A stretch of DNA of 64,000 bases from Octopus vulgaris (Eukaryota), in the NCBI GenBank assembly GCA_951406725.2, contig OX597821.1, positions 16,120,001-16,184,000 of the forward strand, in the 5' to 3' direction. Shown here one piece after another: positions 53,561 through 64,000 of this stretch (position 1 is its first letter; every line of letters begins with the position of its first letter). Under the pieces are notes generated by a model. The model worked only from the letters and a program-made list of their open reading frames with translations, did no database searches and was not told where the DNA came from. The position numbers and the translations under genes are program-made.

Positions 53561-56457
53561 GTATTCTAATGTTCAAACAATATCACTGTTCTGTAATCAT
53601 GTTCTGTCTGCGATTGGTATTAACGTTTTAAAACACGCGCACACATGCACACACAAGCGCCTGCGCACGCAGATTTACATTATGATTACATGCAACCAAT
53701 ATTGTAAAAATGGAATTAAATGCGTTAAATGAAAGAAATATTTAACATATATACAATTCTCATGACATTCTGTTACTCTGATTATCGTGTTCTTTTCCCC
53801 TTTCTTTTTTTTTTTTTTTGATAAATTCATGTGAACTGGTTTGTGTAATAACAATCTCTCCCTGTCCGAGCTTTTAAAGTTTATTTGTCAGAGTGGTGAA
53901 TATTTTCTTCAAATATGGTTACACTATATAAACCTGAGCTTTTTTTCTGTTTTGTCCAGGAAATTTTTTAAATTTAGCTCTATTCGGCAGTTCTGTTAAG
54001 CATTTACACATTAACTCTGATCATATTTCCAAGTAATCGGTTTTCGTGAGAGTGAATTATCTTTTGTCATTAGAAAGACCATAGAAATTTCACTAGGTAT
54101 TATATATTTCGCTGAATTGCCGTGTAGAACAAGTGATATACACTATGCTAGTGTCACAATCTGTCAAGCCCCATATTTCGCATGATCATGCTCTGTTTCT
54201 TCTTTGTGTATGAATAAATATGTCTCCAAGGATAATAAAAGCTGCGCGTTTCAGCACTGGAAGCAACGACTACATGATTCTCAGCGCAAACATCCAACCA
54301 ATTGTTTGTCCTCCATCACCAAATCCTAGAAACCTTTGGCAAACAAAGGAAAACAAACAATTAATATTTGATGCAATATCCAATCAATTTAGTATATATA
54401 CGTGATTGATGACCTGGTATAAATAACACTCTTCTTTATGGACAGATGAACTTATGAATATTTATGTAAACGGATGTGAATAACAAGTCCATGTGTAGCT
54501 GCTAAACGTGATTTAAGGCATACATTTATCGTTATCTACTGCAGTTACATTAAATCCTTAGCTCTCGGAAGGCAAGGTATAGAAAATATTTCCACAAATG
54601 CGTTTTAATTTTTATAGATAATGTACTATACACATAGTAACGGGGTACATTACATTTCAACGTGAACTGAATTTTGACTGTATTTACTTAGTTACCATAA
54701 TAGGATTATATACCATCTACTACTGTTGGCTTCAATCTAATGTTTTTCCACATTTTATATCCGTTTGTTTCTCTTTCTATAAAATACTTCAATTTTCTAA
54801 ACCCATTTATTCACAGCTACGATCGATCAATCTCGACACTAAGATATAGTGAAATGCCCTATCAACTCATCCATCCCGTAACTCTAAATCATACTAAATC
54901 ACAAGTTTATATCTAAATGCATTATGCTCAGGAGAAAATATATTTATCAGAACCCAAATACTTACACTAACTTACACAAACAATTCACTTTGGGAATAAA
55001 CAATTATACTGAAAATTTCATTCCCCTTTTAACAAAGTGGTGAAGGTGAAACCGAATTCGGTGCGAAGGTTAAATAAACAGTAACAATAAATTTATTAGA
55101 AAGAATGCTTTGGACAAATCAACCTTTCTCTTCTATTTGGCATTAATCGACACAGCTTAATCAAATATTCTATTTTCGTTGGAATTGCTAAGATTAGATA
55201 TTTTGACAAGATTTCCTTTTCTGTATTTTGTTTGTGAAAAGTCAAAATGAAAGTCTGGGGATCTATAGAACCGCGGAAATAATTGTTTGAAAAAGAACAT
55301 TTCTTCGCTTTTTATTTTGGTTATTTTGTTTGTTCCACTTGTTTGTTTTTCTTGTAATTATTGCTACTATTTTTTATTGACGAAAATATTGATTAGATTG
55401 TCTCACCTTATTTTGTAATATATTTTCTAACTCTTGTTTACTTCTTATTTCTTCATTAATATACTTCTTTGTTTCATATTAATAGAGGACATTTCGAACA
55501 GCGAAACCATTTCTTTCATTAAGATAAATATTATTTTCTTTTATTAGTCGAAACATTTCTATTTAAACTTTCTTTACAAATTAACAAGGAGGTTTTCTAT
55601 TTTTGAATTATATCAATGAGTTGGATATCAGTCAAGAGTCTTGAGACATTTAGTCACAGTGATGTGAATCCTACGGTGAATGGGAGCAATTATTAAGAAT
55701 TCAGATTTGAACAGCATTTCGATATTTTTGTTTGTTTGTTTGTTTTTGTACATCTTAATATTTCCTTCAATATTTCTGTCAAAATGTGAACAACGACTAC
55801 TGTCTAAGTGTTGTGGTTCAATATTTTATGTTATGTTCTATTTGTCTGAAGAACATCTCCAACATGTTACACAAACGTAAAACATACTAATAATAACTTC
55901 AGGACACACATGTTGAATAATGTTGTGTCTCACTTCTCGAATGTGACTTTGTGTTTTGACTGGTCATATTATAGACTATATTAGGAATTGTTTCTTATTT
56001 TCATCCTAATCAAAATATGTTTACCCTAATTACAATATTTTAACCTAACCGCTATATTTGAATTAAGAAATCTGTGTGGCATTGTACTATAACGAGAGAA
56101 AGATAACCAAAACGCAATGTAATTTTAACAGAGCGAGCCCCTTTGCTAAGCAGCTGGACATTTTCAATTAAGCCCATATTTTAGACTTCTCTACTAGAGA
56201 AGGCATATTTTAGATTAAGAATAATTTCATATGCTCGCTATCTTCATATGCTCGCTATCTTTATCATAATGGTCAATAAAAAGATTGCTCATTAGAAATT
56301 TCAAAGGAATAAAAATGAAATAAGAAAATGGAGAGATAAAGGCAAAAAATATTTTAGTTTAGTAACAGAATTTATGTACGTATAGTTTATCCCCCACGCA
56401 TCTAAACTATCACCTCTTGGCATCGACTCATTTCAGTTAATATTATCATTATTATTA

Positions 56458-57055
56458 AGGCAGCTAGACGGCAGAAACGTTAGCCATTCGGACAAAGTGC
56501 TTAACAGCATTTTGTCCGTCTTTATGTTCTCAGATTAAATTCCGCCGAGATTGATTTTCCCTTTCATTCTACTGTGGTTGTTGAAATACGTACCAGTTGA
56601 ACACTGGAGTCAATGTAACCGACTTAACCCCTCATCCAAATTTGCTGGCCTTGTGACCAAATTGAAAACCATTACCACTACTATTAAGTCGGCAAGCTGG
56701 CAGTATCATCAGTACGGCGGGCTTTGGTTCTCCTTTAAGTTTTGAGATCAAATTCCACCGAAACTGATTTTCCAATTCATCATTTCGGTGTCGATTCGAC
56801 TAAACTCTCTATCCGAACTTGCTGGCTTTGTGCCAAAATTTGAAACCAAATGATGCGTGTTGGCAGAATCATTTGCACGTCAGTCAAAATGCTAAGCCTC
56901 TGTTTGTCCGTCTTTACGTTCTGAGTTCAAATTCCTAGGGGGTTGACTTAACCTTTCATTCTTTCGGAGTTGATGAAATAACTATCCGTTGAGCACAAGG
57001 GTCAAAGTAATCTTATTCCCACCCAGAATTTGCTGCCCCTTTACGAAATTTGTTT
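56458..57055 (+). mobile_element. Cluster of 3 degenerate SINE family A copies
   Basis: GGCAGAAACGTTAGC, AAATTCCGCCGAG and TTTACGTTCTGAGTTCAAATTCC are repeated. Confidence 0.8.
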
Positions 57056-58709
57056 CCGATTTACCATTAGCTTCATCCTCTGCTTTTTGCATAGCAAGAA
57101 TTTTCGAAAACTCTATTACAAGTAAGTAAAATCGAGTGTCTACCCTCATTTTCCTACTGACAGGTTGTAGATCGCGCACACTTATATTACTGAAATCATT
57201 TGACACCCTAGCCATTTTTATTAATGTGGGAATAAAATAGATTTCGCGTCTATATAATTGCACTTTCATTACCTAAATATTTGATAATTTTAAAAGTACT
57301 GTAAAAAAATTTAATTTTATTAAACTTGGCACCCAGTGTCTTATAGAATACATTTGCTGAGTAACAGATATGTGTAAAAATAGTACATTTATACTTGACA
57401 GATACTTAAGCAAAGCAACACTTATAGATACCAAGACGCATGTGTGTACGTATATCTATACGTACGAATGTATTTACGTATATACGCTTGGGTGTATGTT
57501 TACTATCGTAAGTTATTTGAGTTGTTCTGAAGAAGGAACAAATTTCTAACAAAGAAGAAACAATATTCTATCTTTGGAGTTCAGTTATCAGGAAATGTGT
57601 GCATGTGTATGTGTTGTACGCATGTGTGAGTATATATATGTGCGTGTATGTATGCAGGCGCCTGTGTATATACATTTTTGACTTCTTAAATAAATGAGAA
57701 ATATCTGAACTTATATGCGTTGATATAAGTGTATATGTGAATACATGTGTGGTGCTTGTTAGTGTGTTTTGTATATAATATGTGTAAGTCCATCGGTATG
57801 TGTTTGTATATATTTAAGATGAACTAAGATAGAAAAACAACATTCATAATTGTGTTAATAACGGTTTATAGATATTCTGTCTAGATCCTATTCACAGCGA
57901 CTACTTACCACTTACGCCTTGTTCTCCATTTATAATCACAAAGAACCGGTCAATGGTTCGGTATTTTTAGCAACACTTCCATGGATTTTATTAGGGACTA
58001 TATTTTCATTTGACCTATCTGGTTGCCCTAATCACATTTCCATCGCAAACGTCGAAAATTAGATGCACTGCGTCCTCATATCTTGCAAATATATCAAGAC
58101 ATTCTTAGAAAGATATACAAGAAATAATACATCGATAACATATAAAAATACAGCAAGAGACGTGTACATAAAAATAAAACTCATGTTTTATGAATGTGAA
58201 TATGATTGTGTGTCTTAGAAAACGCGTGCGCATTCACACATGGATATACACATACATTCGTAGAAAAATATGCACGCATATATTTATCTAAATACACACG
58301 CAAAAACACACACACAAACATAGATATATTTTTGCACACAACACAGCTTATAATTTAGCTTTTATTTAAGGTTGTAAAATGAATTTATCTAATATCAGTT
58401 GCTAAGATGTACAAAAATAGAATATATAAATAGTATTATATACATTGAGTATACACAAGCATACACTCACTTACAAACGCTGTCATATACATACATAGAG
58501 AGGCGCACGTAGGTATTTTTGTATGCATGTATCTGCATATATAGTTCCTGTCCGACAGTTGCGGCCATGTTAGAGCAACACCTATATGATTGTTAATGTG
58601 TCTACAAAAATCCTCCATCTAGCGTTTGATTTTGATGAATGAGAAAGAAATAATTTTTCCGGCATACAGATGTATATACACACACATACATATATACATA
58701 TATATATAA

Positions 58710-58762
<53 letters not shown>

Positions 58763-58943
58763 TATATTATATTATATTATATTATATTATATTAATATGT
58801 ATGACCGTGCATATTTGTGTATACGTGTATATATGATAAACACACACACACACAAACATATATATATATTAGACAAAATGAGATAACAATGTCAAGGCTG
58901 TGAGGAGTTTTCAGGATATTTATAAGGAAAAGATATAGATATA

Positions 58944-58991
58944 GTCTTACAGCTGTTTATTAGATATTATGGATATCCCTTCATCAGAGAC
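58944..58991 (-). ncRNA. Minimal type I hammerhead motif (G12 mutated), Penelope-like repeat
   Basis: Minus strand: GTCT-CTGATGA-AGGGATATCCATAATATCTAA-TAAA-CAGCTG-T-A-AGAC. Helix I GTCT/AGAC; palindromic helix III ACAGCTGT. Confidence 0.6.
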
Positions 58992-59251
58992 GATGTGAGA
59001 TGGTTAAATGAACGTAAATAATTGAGTTCGAAATAAGGAATTCTTATGGAAGATAGGGAATATAGAGGGAATTAAGGGAGTGAAAATTGAAATAAAATGT
59101 AAAATGCTGTAGTTGCAGTTCCATTATTCGAGTAAAGTGGGGTACAGAAGTGGTAAAAAAACATTTCCTGTAAGTTCCAATAGTTGTCATTTCAAAGTTT
59201 GGAGCTGTGGATTCTGTGTTGCTCATTCGAAGAGGTTGTGTGGTGTGCATG

Positions 59252-59316
<65 letters not shown>

Positions 59317-59321
<5 letters not shown>

Positions 59322-59490
59322 TAATCCAAACAAGAAAACAAAAAAGACAACAACGCGAGGATGTGGAACAAATAAAGTATTATTGGGCGCTCAGGAAAGA
59401 GGGGAAGAAGGAGGGTATGATGTTTCGAGCGGATCTCTTCGTCGGAACCATAGGAGAAAGAAAGTTCCCGAGGTGGGAGGACAGACCCAG
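59317..59490 (-). mobile_element. Penelope-like terminal repeat with degenerate hammerhead motif (59416-59449)
   Basis: Minus strand: TT-CCGACGA-AGAG-ATCCG-CTC-GAAA-CATCA. Abuts (TA)n. Confidence 0.5.
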
Positions 59491-62343
59491 AAACATACAT
59501 ATGTATGTGTGCGTACGCGTGTATGTGTACATATTTATATGTGTGTGTGTGTGTGCGGTGGTGTGTGAGTGAGTGTGTGTGTGTGTATTATATCGTATAT
59601 ACCTCTATATAAATATGCGGATTTGCAGTCGTACACATGCTAACAAACCATATGTACGAATGCAAATCTGCATATTTATATAGATGTATATACGATATAA
59701 TACACACACTCGCACACTCACTCACACACAGAGAAATACACACACTCCTCTGTGCATTGTATAATCGTAGACATAACTTCATCATTGGCTGCGTTCCTAC
59801 GCAATACTTGTGTGTATATATGAGTGTATCAGCAGAAAGAAAGGTAATAGTATAAGGAGGAAAAATATAAAGGAAGACAGCATGAAGTACTAAGTGAGAG
59901 TGCCTGAGATTAGAAATACAGCAGTTATCAAGACGTTATAATTGGATATATTCGTTTGAAGAATAACTTCTGGACAACTACTTGTGAAATGTTTTCTCAT
60001 ATTTTGCGGTTTTCTCAAGTGTTGTGATTGAATTCCTATCAATTTTTAGTCATTGTTACATATACCACTATGCTTATAATAATAATTGGTAATTGTTATA
60101 GCCTACGGACATAATTTTTTCTCTTTTTTTTCCGGTGAATTAAAATTTTCATTTTTGATAAACATATAAAATTATTCAATTATTTTTTTTTAATCATTGA
60201 GAGAAATAAATATAAAATCGATATATGAAGACTTTGCATCACGTCTTCTATTGTAGAAATTTTTAATATATAATCAATAACGTAGAATTAATTATTGTGT
60301 TTCAGTTCCTATTCTTTTTGTCTGTGTTTCTTGCTTCTTTCATTTTCTTATTTATTAATTGTTTTGATAATAATATTCGATTGTGGTTTATTTGACTGAA
60401 ATGAAAAATATAGAGAGGGAAGCACACGCAAGAAATAAATGAATTGTGATTGTTAGCATTATATTATTTTTAAATAGACTCCCTTCATACACGTACTTGT
60501 TTAAATAAATTGTTCGGTTATGAAATCTGTTCTCCCAGAAAACATGAATAAATAAATATAAAATTGGAATATGACGTTAATATATGAATGTACCCGTTCG
60601 ATCAATATGTCATGGAAGTGAACAATTTCGAAGTAGAATATCACAATATAAACAGTCAAATATTTAATTACCAAAAGGAAAAGGAAATATTCTAAAAAAT
60701 AGATCTTTCTCCGAAGATATTTACATTGAAACTCATAAGCTACGCACTTTGTGCGAACAATGTTGTTGTACAGCCACATAAATTGAATAAATAAATTATA
60801 ATCTTATAAAGAAAATATTAGTCGAAGTGGAAGAGAAAAGACCTGAATTCTGATTTAGACCGCATAAAATATGAGCTCAAATATCTTTGGGCCGAACTTA
60901 TGTTGTCTTTTTCTAGAGGGTAAGCGCATGTCACGTACAACAGTTGCTTCGGTGAATTCCGATAATTTCATACAACTTAGAATTAGCTGCATAGGCACTC
61001 TACACTTATCAATAAAATGTTGGTTGACAAAATTGGAATTCCGTCGGACTAAATATCTCATCAATTAAGTTGTGCTCTTTTATGGTTTGAAATCGAATCC
61101 GACCTAAAATATTTGAAAATTAAATACCAGTAATGTACTGCGGTTATTTAAATCGAATATTTCATTCCACAGGAAAAGTGTAGTGCATGTTGTGGAATCA
61201 CTGTCAATTTACAAATTTCGATTTGCTATCACGGTTCAAATTTGGCTACAACTAAAATTATCAGAAGCGCATTAAATTACGTAGATCTGTTTTTAAGTGG
61301 TTAAATTGATTAAAGGCCGGCAGGTTTAACACCAATAACTTGCTTTTAGGTGCATTTAACAGATTAATAGCTATTACAAGAATCCAGGCAAAATTTTCAG
61401 TCTGAGGCTTTGTGCTGCATTTTATTGCCTTAATACATGAATAGTTATTCTTTCCTTTTTTCTTTCTCTACTTATTTTGAAATATCCCCAAAGAAGAGCT
61501 TTAAGGGCTTCATCTCTGACTAAATTAATAACTTATATAATTAGGATGGAAAGTACCATATACCAAATAATTAAATTCAAAGCGTTTTAAGCCCTCACTT
61601 GAAGCAATTTCAACTCACATAGATATCCGATAACTTTACGAAAGATATGCACATTAAAAGTTTCTTTTCTCTTTCTTATAAAAATATATGAGGTCTCATA
61701 TGCCCTTCGCACTTTTTCCAAAGTAATGTTCTAAGGTTTCACTGAGACTGCAATGAGATGAAATACCTAGTTGAATGCAGTTGCTGTTACCTTAATACTA
61801 CATTAGAGAACTACATGTATAAGAAAAACTTCAAATCCTGTTTTTTCGTAAAATATCTGCCCTTTGTATATGCTGCAAATATAGGAATACTATGGCAAGC
61901 ATAAGCAGATGGTGACCAATACAAAACTGGCGAAAGGTCGTTTTCAACTCTATTCAAAGCACACTGAAGCCTAAAAATTCTCGAATTAACAATAGTATAG
62001 GCATGTGCACTTGAAGGACACGGAAGATATATACTAATGTTTTCGTTGAGCTAGGAAAGGGTTACGATGCCCCAAATATTTCATAACATGAACTCAAAAC
62101 GAAAGATGAGATTTATGGTAATATTCCATCTGTATGTGTTATTATTACATAATCAAATTAGGTTTGTTGGCCATTGCTTTAGTGCTAAACAGGTCTTATC
62201 AGATTTTATAAATTTATAGATTCCTCATCCACTTAGAGAATACAGAACACTTATCTACATTAAGTTTGGTAGAGAAGCACCACAAGAAATTGGGAACATA
62301 CGAATGATAATTCAGTGGATTCAACTGAAGGAAACAGAATTAT

Positions 62344-62729
62344 TTTCTACTCTAGTCACAAGACCCGAAATCTTTGGAGAAGGGGCCAGTCGATTATATC
62401 GACCCCAGTACGTAACTAGTACTTAATTTATCGACCCCGAAAGGTAAAGAAATCCTCGGCAGAATTTTGAACTCAGAATATAAGGACATACGAAATACCT
62501 ATTTCTTTACTACCCAAAAGGGGCTAAACGCAGAGGGGGACAAACAAGGACAGACAAACGGATTAAATCGATTCTATCGACCCCAGTGCGTAACTGGTAC
62601 TTATTTTATCGACCCCGAAAGGATGAAAGGCAAAGTCAACCTCGGCGGAATTTGAACTCAGAACGTAACGGCAGACAAAATACCGCTAGGCATTTCGCCC
62701 GGCGTGCTTAAAGTTTCTGCCAGCTCGCC
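62344..62729 (-). mobile_element. SINE family A, dimeric
   Basis: Two modules ending TTTCTGCCAGCTCGCC; flanking AAACA(G/A)AATTAT repeat. Confidence 0.9.
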
Positions 62730-62897
62730 ATTGTAGAAATTAAACAAAATTATATCAAATATATTTCACATTTTCGGAGAACTAAGTATTTACTGAACTT
62801 TGAATGATCGAACCCTTCCAGATCCTAAACCTCAGGCTCAAACATTTTTGGTTCGATAGGATAAGAGTATGTATTATGCAAATGTTTCTGAAGGCTC

Positions 62898-63200
62898 TTG
62901 GCTTAGTGATTAGTGTATTCGGCTCATGATCACAAGGTCATGAGTTCATCTCCCTGTGACGCGTTGTGTCCTTGAGCAAGATATTATATTTCACGTTGCT
63001 CCAGTTCACTCAGCTGGCAAAAATAAGTAGTACTTGTATTTGAAAGGGCCAGCCTTGTCACATCCAGTGTCACACTAAATCTCCTTGAGAACTTCGTCAA
63101 GTGTACACGTGTCTCTGGAGTGCTCAGCCACTTGCACATTAATTTCAAGAGCAGGCTATTCCGTTGATCAGTTCAGCTTCAACTCTTATCATCATAACCG
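62898..63200 (+). mobile_element. tRNA-derived SINE family C (CORE-like)
   Basis: A-box TGGCTTAGTGA, B-box-like GAGTTCATCTCC, CORE-like TGTGTCCTTGAGCAAG, then TTGCTCCAGTTCACTCAGCTGGCAAAAAT. Confidence 0.8.
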
Positions 63201-64000
63201 ACATTGTGCCAGTTATTATTCAAATGTTTAGATTAAATGAAATTTTTTTTTTACGCAACCATAATGCTAAGGGCTTTTCTACTATGCTTCTCTGCTCCGC
63301 GAAATTGTTCCTCAATCTAATCTCGATAGATATTATGCAACCTGAATGATAGGTATCATACCATAAAAGCAAGAAGAAATTGAGTCGAGGAAATTTCAAT
63401 ATTACATTACTTCAATCTGAGTTTGGGGCTATTTAACATCGCTTACATCACGAAGACTGTTGAAAACGTCAAAGTAATCTCATGTTCACTACCAAATAGG
63501 TCTGTAGCGAAGATGAAAGACGCGGTCAATTATTAGAATATCAGATTAAATATTATATTTAAGCAGTTTAATATTTGGCTACTTTGACCACAAAATTAAC
63601 TAAGATGCACTTCTATGAACTGCAAACTTGCCAATCAAATATATAACTCGGTGATTTGGTCAGTTTCGTGTAATGTAATAATCGTATTAATTTGTACACA
63701 TAACAGAAGCCGTGAAGATTGAAACACTTAACTTTGTAATTACATCCCTATTTAAATGAACCTCCGCTGCTCATACACTAAATTTCCATTGCAAATATAT
63801 GGGTCTTTATTGAACATACAAGACTCTTTCGCAAGTATGCGGATAATTATTGTGCATATATGAATTTTATTTGCAAATGCGCTTGGTCTCTTTTGCTTAT
63901 GTATAACTATAAATATAATTATAATTGAATGTGTGTATGTGTGTGTATGTGCGTGCGTGAGTGAGTGCGTGCGTACGTGAGCATGTGTCTGTGTATGTGT

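Overview
AT-rich eukaryotic (animal) DNA that looks like a large intron or gene desert. I found no intact host gene. The repeat families match my recollection of octopus (coleoid cephalopod) repeats; this is an inference, not a search result. The window holds dozens of tRNA-derived SINEs from at least 3 families, several with target-site duplications (TSDs) and one expanded into a 6 x 135 bp array. Two APE/RT LINE copies sit in tandem inside (TA)n tracts. There are relics of Tx1/L1, RTE, L2, CR1, Tc1, mariner and MULE elements, 2-3 non-autonomous Helitrons, and very many microsatellites, which explain all the 'YIYI' ORFs. The most striking hidden signal is a set of degenerate minimal type I hammerhead ribozyme motifs, from about 6 unrelated repeat contexts, probably Penelope-like or retrozyme-like. 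One lies downstream of a tRNA-like Pol III promoter and one occurs as an inverted pair whose lesions complement each other. Also notable: a SINE/LINE shared 3' stem-loop with compensatory base changes, a ~190 bp inverted repeat pair 13.6 kb apart, and a pre-miRNA-sized hairpin. The 44-48.7 kb segment has a strong TA-biased error pattern and is probably partly a sequencing or assembly artefact. All identities and boundaries were judged by eye.
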